Of a stretch of 47,040 bases of DNA, positions 27,420-37,212 are shown in pieces; the stretch's first letter is position 1; each line of letters opens with the position of its first letter. The stretch spans positions 1-47,040 of the forward strand of contig CAZWAL010000001.1 of NCBI GenBank assembly GCA_964631905.1. The letters are read 5' to 3'. The DNA is from an uncultured Stakelama sp. Its GTDB lineage: Bacteria > Pseudomonadota > Alphaproteobacteria > Sphingomonadales > Sphingomonadaceae. The notes beneath the pieces were generated by a model. It was not told the origin of the DNA. It searched no databases and saw nothing but the letters and a program-made list of their open reading frames with translations. Both the position numbers and the translations under genes were made by a program.

Positions 27420-30377
27420 TCAAAACCGCGTCTCCACGCGCATGAACACCCGGCGCCCGATGACATCAAAGGTCGTTGGATCGGTGTTTGTCCCGCTTGG
27501 CGTCGAGTAAATCGGTGGCTGCACATCGCCAAGATTTTCGACCCCGAAGCGCAGTGCAAAGCTTTTATCCACGCGAAAGCCCAAGTTCAGGTCGACATAA
27601 TCGATTGCGGGAGTGCCAAGGCTGTTGATGGTCGGCGAAAGCGCCTTGGCCTGGGTAATCATCGCACTGATATGCCGCCACCGGGTACCGATATCAAACT
27701 TTCCTAGTGTCAGCTGGGCACCGAGGGTGCTCTTCCAAGTCGGAAACGCCGACGATCCGACGGAACCGATCGAGCCGCGCAGATTGGAAAAGGGTGCCCC
27801 CGCCAGCGATTGCTGATCGACGGTGACCAGACGCGATACCCCAAAGTTCAGATCAAGCCGGCTGTTTTCCGCACCTGCGAAAGAACCCAGCGGAATGCCC
27901 CAATCGATCTGCCCGTCGACGCCAGATATGCGGACAGCACCGATATTGGTGAATGTGACAATCGCGTTGGTGATGCCACCATTAGCATTGCGCCCGAAAT
28001 TGCCGCAGAATTGGTTGGTGGGGCTGTAGTTCGGGTTCAGGCCGAGCAGATTGAAGCAACGCGTGACCGAATCATTCAGGCCCAGCTGCGCAATGGCGCC
28101 GCTGATGTCGATCTTCCAGTAATCGACGGAAAGCGTGAGATTGCGGAACAGCGAACCGCCGAATTCTGGTCGGATGACGGCGCCGACCGTGTAAGTGTCT
28201 GCTTCTTCAGGCTGCAAGTTCAGACTGCCTGTCCGGGTTCCAGTGGCTGCGGTCGGCCCGACAAAAGTATCGATGATTGTCGATGGAATGCCCTGCGCCA
28301 GACACAAGGTACGGACGCTGGAGGGCGTCACGCCGGCGACATTTCCAGTACGGAATGCAGAATTGAACGAGCAAGGATCCTGGACGATGCTTTCGTTCGA
28401 TGGTGTAGAGGGAAGGAACAACTCGGTTGGGCTTGGTGCGCGTACCGCGCGCTGGTAAGAACCGCGGAAGCGAACTTGATTAATCGGGGCGTAGATCAAC
28501 TCGGCTTTATAGGTATTGGTGTTCGCCGATGCAGAATAATCCGAATAACGATAGCCCAACGTCACGTCGAGAACTTCGGCAAACGGTCTGTCACCGAGCA
28601 ACGGCAGATACAACTCGCCAAAAACTTCCTTGACATTAAAATTAGAGGTGATGCTCGAGTTTGTTCTTAAACCGCCTACAACGTTACCGGCATTTACCTG
28701 CGGATCGCCAACAATGCTAAAGCCATTGCGGCGATAAAGTGCGCCCACAGCAATTTTTGCGTCCCCTCCGGGTAATTTGAAGAGTGAGCCCGTAACGTTC
28801 CCCTCAACCACTTCCTGGTCGGAAATGGTCTGTGTAGTTGGATTATAGGCAATAAAATCGATGCAGCGCTGGGATATGCTCCCTAGGCCGAAGATGCTGA
28901 AACCACCGCACAACGCCCTGCCGCCATCGGCCGCGGTCGTTAACGCAGTAAGGCGCGACGTGAGAAACGCGCCGCCTGCCACCTCGGTTCGATCAAGCCG
29001 GCCATGGCTGTAGTAAATGTCATAGCTCCAACTCGGAGCAAAAGAGCCGCGCAAACCGATCAACCCTTCGAACTGATCACCCTTGTAATCTGCGCTGCGG
29101 GGGCCAAGCTCAGCGAGATTACGAACGATCGATACCGAGGCGTTGGGTGAAGGTCGTGACGCCAGGATTCCGGAAAGGCCCGGAAACAGCGAGTTGACCA
29201 CCGCTACCGGCAGCGTCGTTGCGGGAAGGTTGACTGGGTTGATTTGCCGCCGAACTTCTGCCCGCATGAAACTGAAGCGCGAATATAGAGTTACATCCGG
29301 CAGCACCTCCCAATCGGCCAAGAATCCGGCAATGTAACGCTGGGCTGGCAGCTGCAGATAGTTCTGTTCGAAGTTATTGAGGACATATGGATTGCCGCCA
29401 ACACCGGCAGAACGATAGTTGGTCGTCGGATTATTCGAAAACAACGTGCCGTCGGTATTGAAACCGAGTGGCGAATTACGCGGCACCGTGCCGGGCGCGA
29501 TCCCAAATCGTGCAAAGTAAGTATCGACTGCGGCCTGGCTTGGCAGATTGGCTGCCGCTGGCGAAATCGCGCCATCGGGGAGGTTGTTATTGATGAACGG
29601 GGAAATCGTCGGGACGCCGGCGGTATTGAATGTTACGACTGATTCGCGCGCAGTGTTTGGTCGGCTGGTTGCTAACGCGAAATTACGATCACTGTAACCG
29701 CCATAGGCTACGAAGCCGCCATTTCCGCTCTTGCTTCGCCAACCATAAACGGCGTCAATCCCATATTGCCCCGCATCGCCGCGCGTCGAAACGCCAGCTG
29801 TGCCCGATAACTTCAGGCCTTCAAACTTGTCATCGAGCTTGAAGTTGACAACGCCTGCAATCGCATCAGACCCATAGACCGCCGATGCACCGCCCGAGAT
29901 GATTTCGACGGACCGGATGAGTGTTTGTGGAATCAGGCTGATATCAACGGAGTTGCCACCGTCGCTCGGCACAGCGCGGCGACCGTCGAGCAGCACGAGC
30001 GTGCGGTTTGCACCGAGATAATGAAGATTGAGCGCGGCAATGCCGTTATTGCCCGAATTGTTTGAACCCTGACCGAACGCCGAACCGACTTGTGGCAGCG
30101 ACTGCAGATATGCGTCCGGCGTCAGGCCGGCTTGGCGATTAAATTGTTCCTGCGTGATCGTCACAATGGGACTGGCCGATTCATAATCACGACGCGCAAT
30201 CCGCGACCCCGTGACGACGATGTCGTCGGCGGGACGATCAATGGTTTCCTCCTGCTTGTTTGGTTCTTCGGGGGCAGATTGCGACCATGCTGGCGTCTCA
30301 CCCCATGCCAAAGCCACAACGCCCACGGTCGCCAAAAAAACGCTTTTGGCCGATCGATTGAAAAGTGCATGGTTCAT
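27420..30377 (-). CDS. TonB-dependent receptor (island)
   Basis: Signal peptide, IVVTGSRIAR, LGANRTLVLLDGRR, GASAVYGSDAIAGVVNF plug, C-terminal Phe; ~985 aa from MNHALF. Confidence 0.95.
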   Translation of the reverse strand: MNHALFNRSAKSVFLATVGVVALAWGETPAWSQSAPEEPNKQEETIDRPADDIVVTGSRIARRDYESASPIVTITQEQFNRQAGLTPDAYLQSLPQVGSAFGQGSNNSGNNGIAALNLHYLGANRTLVLLDGRRAVPSDGGNSVDISLIPQTLIRSVEIISGGASAVYGSDAIAGVVNFKLDDKFEGLKLSGTAGVSTRGDAGQYGIDAVYGWRSKSGNGGFVAYGGYSDRNFALATSRPNTARESVVTFNTAGVPTISPFINNNLPDGAISPAAANLPSQAAVDTYFARFGIAPGTVPRNSPLGFNTDGTLFSNNPTTNYRSAGVGGNPYVLNNFEQNYLQLPAQRYIAGFLADWEVLPDVTLYSRFSFMRAEVRRQINPVNLPATTLPVAVVNSLFPGLSGILASRPSPNASVSIVRNLAELGPRSADYKGDQFEGLIGLRGSFAPSWSYDIYYSHGRLDRTEVAGGAFLTSRLTALTTAADGGRALCGGFSIFGLGSISQRCIDFIAYNPTTQTISDQEVVEGNVTGSLFKLPGGDAKIAVGALYRRNGFSIVGDPQVNAGNVVGGLRTNSSITSNFNVKEVFGELYLPLLGDRPFAEVLDVTLGYRYSDYSASANTNTYKAELIYAPINQVRFRGSYQRAVRAPSPTELFLPSTPSNESIVQDPCSFNSAFRTGNVAGVTPSSVRTLCLAQGIPSTIIDTFVGPTAATGTRTGSLNLQPEEADTYTVGAVIRPEFGGSLFRNLTLSVDYWKIDISGAIAQLGLNDSVTRCFNLLGLNPNYSPTNQFCGNFGRNANGGITNAIVTFTNIGAVRISGVDGQIDWGIPLGSFAGAENSRLDLNFGVSRLVTVDQQSLAGAPFSNLRGSIGSVGSSAFPTWKSTLGAQLTLGKFDIGTRWRHISAMITQAKALSPTINSLGTPAIDYVDLNLGFRVDKSFALRFGVENLGDVQPPIYSTPSGTNTDPTTFDVIGRRVFMRVETRF

Positions 30378-30574
30378 CGTCATTCCCCCAGAATCTGCTG
30401 ACGCGACAGGGATTGGTCGCCAAATCGACACTGAGAATGCCCCAAGACGAACGAAGCGCATTATTTGCGACGATTTGCGACTTGTGCGGCACGACGCGGA
30501 AGTTGCAATTATATTGCGCTGTTGCCTCAGCGCACCGCCAAAAAATGACTATTGACGCAGGGTGCCGGTAACAA

Positions 30575-32023
30575 TCAGGCGAAGGGATTGTCGACACGCG
30601 GCCAAAGGGGGCCGCATTTCGTCAACCGCAGCAGCCGAAGATCCGGCGGCGCGACGCCTGGCGCCGCTGCATAGACTGTCCCCCGTGCGATCGCGCCGAA
30701 GCCAGCATTGAAATGCTGCGCGGATTTCACGACGATCACCTGCTTGTCATCAACCGAACAGCCAAGCCCGGTAAAGATGTCGGGCGAAAGAACCTGCTGC
30801 CGCAGTGTGATGACGATCACGTCGATCGATCCGATCCGCAGCCAGACGCTGGGACCAAGATCCTGCATGCCCCCACTCAGCCCGGTCTGGCGGTGATTGG
30901 CCGATTCACCCATCACGGTGGCCATCACGTCGAGCGGCGTGCCCGACATCGGCCCGGATTTCCCGCCCAGCCGGATCGGGATGGTCGCGCCCACCCCCGC
31001 ATCGCGCGCGAAGCTTACGGCAATCGGGTCCCAGAGTCCTGCGAGCGCCGCGCTCGGCAATTCGCGCGCGATCATACGCTCGAGGATGAAGGTGCTGTCA
31101 GACGGTGCGCCGGAGCCCGAATTGTCCGCGCCGTCGGCAACGACCACCGGCCCCGCCTGCCCAAGCGCCGCATCGAGCGCGGCGTCGATATCGAGATAGC
31201 GGGTGCTGATCGCGTCGCGCATGTCCCACAATTCGCGTGCCAGCGCATCGGCACAGCGCTGCGCCCCCTCCCCGTCACCGTCGAGATAGACAAGCGCCCG
31301 CGCGCCCAGATCGGCGACATCGCCAAACGGAAAGCCGTGAAGCAGCGAGGCAGACAACACCGCACCATCGCGCTCCATCGCATAAAGGCGATCGACATAG
31401 CCGCGCATCGGCTGGAGCGTGGGACGCATCTTGAGCAGCATTTTCGTATCGGCCACGCCCGCGCGCGGGGCGATTTCGCCGCGCTGCACGCGGATCGCCA
31501 GATGATAGAGATCGACCGCACGGTCAGCGATATCAGTGTGGGGATATTCCTTGTACGAAATGAGCATGTCGGTGCTTGCCACCATCCGTGCCGAAAGGTG
31601 CCCGTGGAGATCGAGCTCGGCGAGGATCGGCACTGCATCGCCGACGATCGCGCGGGCGCGCGACAGCAGGTCGCCCTCGCAATCATCTTCCCCCTCGGCG
31701 ATCATCGCACCGTGCAGATTGAGCAGGACCAGATCGGCGCCTGCATCGCGCAGATCGGCCAGGATGCGATCTCGTATCTTCTCATGCGCCACCCGCGTGA
31801 CTGGCCCGGCCGGCATCGCGAAGGCGCACAGGCTTTCGACGATCTCGTGCCCGTCAGCCTCGGCCAGCCGCCGCCATTCGACCAAGGGAATATTGCCCCA
31901 GACCGGGGGGCGGCGGCTGCCGTCGCCATCCCAGTATTCGAACTCGGCAAAGGCGTTCATGCCCGTTGGGATTGGCGAGAAGCTGTTGGTTTCCGTGCCC
32001 ATTGTGGCGATGAAGATGCGCAC
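30575..32023 (-). CDS. M81 family metallopeptidase (MlrC-like)
   Basis: GTG start; ETNSFSP, LHGAM, DCEGD, LDLHGH, YKEYPHTD, DNSGSG, VVKSAQHF. Confidence 0.92.
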   Translation of the reverse strand: MRIFIATMGTETNSFSPIPTGMNAFAEFEYWDGDGSRRPPVWGNIPLVEWRRLAEADGHEIVESLCAFAMPAGPVTRVAHEKIRDRILADLRDAGADLVLLNLHGAMIAEGEDDCEGDLLSRARAIVGDAVPILAELDLHGHLSARMVASTDMLISYKEYPHTDIADRAVDLYHLAIRVQRGEIAPRAGVADTKMLLKMRPTLQPMRGYVDRLYAMERDGAVLSASLLHGFPFGDVADLGARALVYLDGDGEGAQRCADALARELWDMRDAISTRYLDIDAALDAALGQAGPVVVADGADNSGSGAPSDSTFILERMIARELPSAALAGLWDPIAVSFARDAGVGATIPIRLGGKSGPMSGTPLDVMATVMGESANHRQTGLSGGMQDLGPSVWLRIGSIDVIVITLRQQVLSPDIFTGLGCSVDDKQVIVVKSAQHFNAGFGAIARGTVYAAAPGVAPPDLRLLRLTKCGPLWPRVDNPFA

Positions 32024-32034
32024 GATCGTATCGC

Positions 32035-33885
32035 TTACTTTGACGGCTTGGCGGGCAGATCCACGCGGGAGAGCGTCGCCCCGCCCCGAAACACCTGCCA
32101 CGTCGCGCCAGCTGCCGTCGCCCCAAAGCGCGTGCCATCGGCTCCGGCAAGCGATACGCGGATCGACGACCCCTTGGCGAAGACATGGCTCATCGGCAGC
32201 ATGCCGAAGGCGAATTCGAGCCGCTTGCCACTGATGTCGCCAAGCGAATCTGCGCGTAGATGCGAATGCCCGGGCGTCAGCGTGCGGTACGGTGTCTTGC
32301 CCGGCTTCGAATGCGACAGGCGCAACTGGCCTTCGGTCACATAGAGCACGGCGCCGTCGGGCCGCACCTCCTCCAGATAGGCAATGACATTGCCGTCGGC
32401 CGCGCTCGATATCATCGACAAATGGACGACGGGCTGACCCGTCACTTCGGTGGCCTCAGTGAGCGGCCTGGTCGTATAAGTCAGCAGCTTGGCCGCCTGA
32501 TCGCGACGATCGGGATAGACGACTGGCCCCCTGAGTGCTGTATCCCAGCGCGTCGTATCGCCTGTTACCGGATCGGTGCGGACGACATAACTGTCCTGCG
32601 CCGCATCACCGCGGCAGGTCCGCTCCAGCACCCCGCCAGCTGCGAAGCACCAACGTGTGGTTTTCAGGCCGATCGGGGGCCAGCTTCGTGCCGCCTGCCA
32701 TTTGTTGATGCCCGAGGTGAAATAGCGCACGCGCGCATCGCGATCGAATCCCGTGTCGATCCCCTTCAGCTTAGCATCGAAATAGCGGAGCAACTCCTCG
32801 TCGATCCAGAAGGCGGGGCGAGTGCGCTGGAACACGCCGGGGGCGTAGTAATAATTGCCGCCATGGTTCCACGAGCCGATCAGCAAGCGCTGATTGGGGT
32901 TGGTCGTATTGAGCAGCCGGTTGATGCCGCCCTGACCATAGCCAATATCGTACCAGGATTCGATCACAAACATCGGCACATTGCCGCGATCGATTGTCGC
33001 GCGCTGCGTATAAGTGCTGCGATTGCCGATCACGATCCCGCCGGGGCCGGGGTCATCACGATAGGTCAGCGTCTTTTGCGCATCGGCTGAATTGATGTTG
33101 GCGGCATGCTCGGCGATCGCGCGGGTCCGCATGGCTTCGCCATCGGCACCATCCACCGCGCAGGGGATGCCCCCGCCGGCTGCATCGGGGATACGGCCCG
33201 CATCCAGAAAGCGATTGCCAAGGCCCCATGCGTTGATGAACCGCTCGTTGCGCACCCCTCCGGGGACGTTGATCTCCGCGTAAAAATCGGTGCCGGCAAA
33301 TTGCGGCGCGACTGCCTTCACCGCAGGATGGTGGTTGACGAGCAGCAATTCGGCCGTGGTGCCGACATAGGAAACACCAGTCGCGCCGATCTTCCCGTCG
33401 GACCAGGGCTGCGCGACGATCCAACTGGCGATGTCGCCACCATCCTTCACTTCTTCGGCGCCAAATTCAGTGCGGCGCGTGCCGAACGATGCCCCGGTGC
33501 CGCGCACATCGACGATGGCATAGGCATAGCCACGCTGTGCGAACCATTCCGCGCGACTGCTGCGGGAACACGCGCCGTCCTTTTCGGTGGAGCGATAATA
33601 GCGCGTCTGCTCAAGGATGGTCGGCAGCCGCCGCGCAGGATCAAGCCGCTTGGGCAAATAAATGTCCACCGCGATACGCACGCCATCGCGCATCGGCACA
33701 TAATAGGATCGCCGCTCCACATCCTGCCATTCGGCGTCGCGGGGTTTGTAGGTGCCGGTCCACCACGCGCTGTCATCGACCACCGGCATGCCGGGCGATC
33801 GCTCCGACGGGCGCTGCGCCCCAGCGGGGGCACCCGGCGCAATGATCAACGCCAACGCGATTGTGGCATGCGAACCAATTCTCAT
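32035..33885 (-). CDS. CocE/NonD family hydrolase (S15), exported, second copy
   Basis: Signal peptide from MRIGSH, VPMRDGVRIAVD, TRY, DVRGTGASFG, GVSYVG, GSWNH. Confidence 0.92.
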   Translation of the reverse strand: MRIGSHATIALALIIAPGAPAGAQRPSERSPGMPVVDDSAWWTGTYKPRDAEWQDVERRSYYVPMRDGVRIAVDIYLPKRLDPARRLPTILEQTRYYRSTEKDGACSRSSRAEWFAQRGYAYAIVDVRGTGASFGTRRTEFGAEEVKDGGDIASWIVAQPWSDGKIGATGVSYVGTTAELLLVNHHPAVKAVAPQFAGTDFYAEINVPGGVRNERFINAWGLGNRFLDAGRIPDAAGGGIPCAVDGADGEAMRTRAIAEHAANINSADAQKTLTYRDDPGPGGIVIGNRSTYTQRATIDRGNVPMFVIESWYDIGYGQGGINRLLNTTNPNQRLLIGSWNHGGNYYYAPGVFQRTRPAFWIDEELLRYFDAKLKGIDTGFDRDARVRYFTSGINKWQAARSWPPIGLKTTRWCFAAGGVLERTCRGDAAQDSYVVRTDPVTGDTTRWDTALRGPVVYPDRRDQAAKLLTYTTRPLTEATEVTGQPVVHLSMISSAADGNVIAYLEEVRPDGAVLYVTEGQLRLSHSKPGKTPYRTLTPGHSHLRADSLGDISGKRLEFAFGMLPMSHVFAKGSSIRVSLAGADGTRFGATAAGATWQVFRGGATLSRVDLPAKPSK

Positions 33886-34967
33886 CGTTTCACATCCTTC
33901 ACCGGTAGCCGAGCCGAAAGGGTCAGTTGGAGCAATTTCTGCCACTCGGTTGCGTTCTTGAAGACCGACGCGCCTTTTTGGTCGGGCGTCGTATCGGCCC
34001 GGACGAGGATCACCGTGTCGAGCGCGGGGATCACCGTCATCTCCTGCCCGCCGCTGCCCGATGCCGTAAAGCTGCCCGGCGGAATCGCGGGCGTGGCGCC
34101 GCTCGGATCGGGCGTCGTGATCCACCACAGATAGCCATACCCGCCCTGTACGGGTGCGCTGCGGTTCGTCGTCGACAGCAACTGCGTACTTTCGGCAACC
34201 CACGCCTCGGGCACGATCTGCTTGCCGGCCCACCTCCCCTTCTGCAGATAGAGCATGCCGAAACGCATCAGGTCACGCGGTGACAATGCCATGTGATATG
34301 CCGGAAAGCGCGGCGCGCTCTGGTTATAGGCATACCAAGTATTTTCGTACGGATCGAAGTCCTGCATGCAGATCGGCTCGGCGATCCGGCGCTGAAACGC
34401 AATGAAATCGCCCTTCGCGGTTGCGCGCTCGTACAGATTGCCCAGGACGTTGAAATCCCAGTTGTTGTAATACCAGAAGCTGCCCGGCGCATGGCTCCCC
34501 CGGACAGGCCGGTTCGCGCGCATCGACTCTGTCTCGGCTGCCGTCGGCAGATAAACGCCCGAGCGCGCCATCAGCAGATCGCGCACTGTTGCGGATCGCT
34601 CGGTATCGGTAAGCGGGCTATCCTCGTTGATCCCGAATTTGGAGATCGGATCGGTTCGCGCCATCGCCCCCTCGGCGATCGCCTGACCGATCATCGCGCT
34701 CATGATGCTCTTGCGCACCGAGGCGAGCAGCATCGGCTTTGAAAGCGCGCCATCGGCGATGACCACCTTGCCCGCGGTCACCACCATGAAGGCAGCGGCG
34801 CCCCCTTTGCGGGCTGCGTCACGGGCGCGTTGCAGCCCTGCCCTGTCCCAGCCGAGCGAGGCGACATTGCGGGCGACGGGAAGGTCGGCGCATGAACGCG
34901 CCGGCCGTGCCGCGATCGACGGTACCGCGATGATTACAAGAAGCAGCGCAAGCAATGCCCTGAACAA
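33882..34967 (-). CDS. SxxK serine hydrolase, exported, second copy
   Basis: TTG start with GGAGG RBS; signal peptide; SVRK, APGSFWYYNNWDFN, LSPRDLMRFG, YGYLWW. Confidence 0.9.
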   Translation of the reverse strand: MFRALLALLLVIIAVPSIAARPARSCADLPVARNVASLGWDRAGLQRARDAARKGGAAAFMVVTAGKVVIADGALSKPMLLASVRKSIMSAMIGQAIAEGAMARTDPISKFGINEDSPLTDTERSATVRDLLMARSGVYLPTAAETESMRANRPVRGSHAPGSFWYYNNWDFNVLGNLYERATAKGDFIAFQRRIAEPICMQDFDPYENTWYAYNQSAPRFPAYHMALSPRDLMRFGMLYLQKGRWAGKQIVPEAWVAESTQLLSTTNRSAPVQGGYGYLWWITTPDPSGATPAIPPGSFTASGSGGQEMTVIPALDTVILVRADTTPDQKGASVFKNATEWQKLLQLTLSARLPVKDVKR

Positions 34968-35084
34968 ATCGGCCTCCCAATGAGCGGATCAGTTTATGCG
35001 TTGCAGGGCGGGCGGCAACCGCCACTGCTTGCAGCGGGCGGGCGGAATTGTCCTGCCGCCGTGCCGCACAACAGCGCTGGACGA

Positions 35085-36137
35085 TCAACGGCGCAGACGG
35101 GCGTCGCTGGGTAGCTGACCGTAGAAACGCTGATAGGCGTGGGTGAAGTTCGCGGGATATTCGAAGCCGACGCCATAGGCGATCTCGGCGATGCTGCGGT
35201 CGCTGGTCAGCAGCATTTCGGCCGCCGTTTCCATGCGGCACTGTCGGACAAATTCATAGGCCGTCATGCCAAACACCAGCTTGAAAGCCGACTTTAGTTT
35301 GGTCTGGTTAAGGCCCACCTGCCGCGCCAACCGCTCGATCGAGGGCGGCGTAACGAACGCGTCGGAAAGAATGTCACGCGCTTCATAAATGCGGCTGATG
35401 TCGCGCATCGTCAGCTTTATGCCGTCGGGAATGACGAAATCGGGAACACTCAGTTGCTTTAGCACGGCGAGCACGATTTCATGGCTGCGCGCCGCGATAT
35501 AGGCGCGCCGCAACGCGCGAGGATAGTGCGGCGGCGTGCGGACGATATCGTTAGCGGCGCGCAATACCTCCGCGCCGAGCCGGACGTTTGCACCGACGGG
35601 ATTGTCCGGCCCGTCACCGAACAGCCGTGACAGTGGATCGGGGATCGACGCGACGCCCAGCCCGAGTTCATCGGTTAGCAGCGCGTGGTCGCAGTGCAGC
35701 ACCACGAGCCGCAATCGCTGCCCGCCGACCGCGGTATAGCCGTCGCCCGCCGCGCCCGGATAAGCGGCCAGATATGCCCCGGCACCCTCAATTAGCGTCG
35801 ACCCGTCGCGCTTCAGCAACGTGCCCGAAATGAGAATGCGGATCTTGAACAGCCGGTCGCCCGGCACAGCGATCCAGGTGTCGCGATCATAGACCGCATC
35901 GACCAGCGACAGGATCAGATGTTCGGAGACCTTGATGTAATCCCAATGCCCCTGGCCGTCGCGCACCGGGCTGCGCACGCCGACCAAGCCTTCGCTGCCA
36001 CCCGCCGCCATGGCAAGTTCGCGATCGCGCAACTGCGCGCGCAACACATCATAGGATTCACCGACAAGTGCACGGTCGGCTGCAGGTAAATCGATACCAG
36101 CGCTATCAAAATTGGGGTTAAGTGCCGACTGGATCAT
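35085..36137 (-). CDS. AraC-family transcriptional regulator
   Basis: C-terminal PPSIERLARQVGLNQTKLKSAFKLVFG...SIAEIAYGVGFEYPANFTHAYQRFYG (PchR-like double HTH). Confidence 0.93.
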   Translation of the reverse strand: MIQSALNPNFDSAGIDLPAADRALVGESYDVLRAQLRDRELAMAAGGSEGLVGVRSPVRDGQGHWDYIKVSEHLILSLVDAVYDRDTWIAVPGDRLFKIRILISGTLLKRDGSTLIEGAGAYLAAYPGAAGDGYTAVGGQRLRLVVLHCDHALLTDELGLGVASIPDPLSRLFGDGPDNPVGANVRLGAEVLRAANDIVRTPPHYPRALRRAYIAARSHEIVLAVLKQLSVPDFVIPDGIKLTMRDISRIYEARDILSDAFVTPPSIERLARQVGLNQTKLKSAFKLVFGMTAYEFVRQCRMETAAEMLLTSDRSIAEIAYGVGFEYPANFTHAYQRFYGQLPSDARLRR

Positions 36138-36189
36138 CTTTCCTCATCGTCGACGGGGCAGTGTACCCGATCGAAGCCTCGCCAATCTG

Positions 36190-37212
36190 TCATGAAAGCG
36201 GGGCCGTGTTCAAGCATGCGTTCTCCGAAGGCCAGCAGGCAGCGGCGACCCGGGCGAAATTGCCGCCTTTCACCTTGGCGATGTCGCTCCGGTTATAGCC
36301 TCGGGCCGCAAGCAGCAGGTCGATGGCAGACAGCCCCTCAATCGGCACGCTCGCATCGTCGAGCAGCGTTTGGCCGTGATTGCCGATCGTCGCATCGGGG
36401 AAATAGCGTGCCGCCAGTGCGGGATCGCTGGCCACCGGCACGCCTTCGGACGGATAGCAATGGTCCCAGCCGAGCCCGACATGATCGATCCCCACGAGCT
36501 GCGCGACATGATCGATATGCGCGACCATATCGACGACGCTTGCCACGCTTTTTCCAAGAAACGGCGCATATCCGCAAATGCCGATGACGCCCCCGGTCGC
36601 CGCGCAAGCCTTGATCTGATCATCCGTCACGTTACGCGGCGTTTCGTGCAAGGCGGCGGCATTGGCGTGGCTGAAGACCACGGGTCGATCGGATGCTGCC
36701 ATCACGTCGAAGCTGCACAGCCGCCCGGTATGGCTGCAATCGACGACGATCCCGGCGCGGTTCAGGGCACGCACGATGTCTGTGCCGATCGGAGTCAGCC
36801 GCATCGGCACATCGTGGCACCCGCCCGCCACGCGGTTGTTGAGATTATAGGCCAGGTGCATCTGCCGAACCCCGAGATCGGCAAATAACTGTGCCATTTC
36901 GGGGCGCTCGAACAGGCAATCGGCCCCCTCCAGATCGAAGGCAATCGCCAACACTCCGCGTGCGCGAGCCCGATCAAGATCGCTCATCGAACCGACCAGT
37001 GCGAACCGATCCGGGCTGCGGGCAATGCAGGCGCGAAACCAGGCGATAGCGCGCAGGATGGCGGGCAACCCCGTCGGGTCCATGCCGACGTTAACCGACA
37101 CGAAATCGAACCCGGCGTGGCGGTGTCGCGTAATGACCTCGAACGTGATCCCGGCTTCGACCGGCAGACAGGCATGCGCGTCCCACACGATCCGCTCCAT
37201 CGGTGACGTCAC
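36190..37212 (-). CDS. Membrane dipeptidase (M19) family
   Basis: WDAHAC, DLEG, LAYN, DCSH, FSHAN, RNVTDDQI, HIDH, HVGLGWD, GGNF. Confidence 0.92.
   Translation of the reverse strand: MTSPMERIVWDAHACLPVEAGITFEVITRHRHAGFDFVSVNVGMDPTGLPAILRAIAWFRACIARSPDRFALVGSMSDLDRARARGVLAIAFDLEGADCLFERPEMAQLFADLGVRQMHLAYNLNNRVAGGCHDVPMRLTPIGTDIVRALNRAGIVVDCSHTGRLCSFDVMAASDRPVVFSHANAAALHETPRNVTDDQIKACAATGGVIGICGYAPFLGKSVASVVDMVAHIDHVAQLVGIDHVGLGWDHCYPSEGVPVASDPALAARYFPDATIGNHGQTLLDDASVPIEGLSAIDLLLAARGYNRSDIAKVKGGNFARVAAACWPSENACLNTAPLS

Noticed and set aside
30713-32344. Long antisense or alternate-frame ORFs (e.g. 543 aa here; also 1771-2781, 6672-7619, 41229-42386, 42245-43276)
   Set aside because: Shadows of real genes in high-GC DNA; no recognisable motifs.
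26312-34967. Beta-lactamase resistance or cocaine esterase calls
   Set aside because: SxxK and CocE folds are broad; the context points to peptide catabolism and no specificity can be read from sequence.
22842-37212. Canonical microcystin mlrABCD cluster
   Set aside because: No CPBP/Abi MlrA, no PTR2 MlrD and a different gene order; MlrC-like proteins are widespread.
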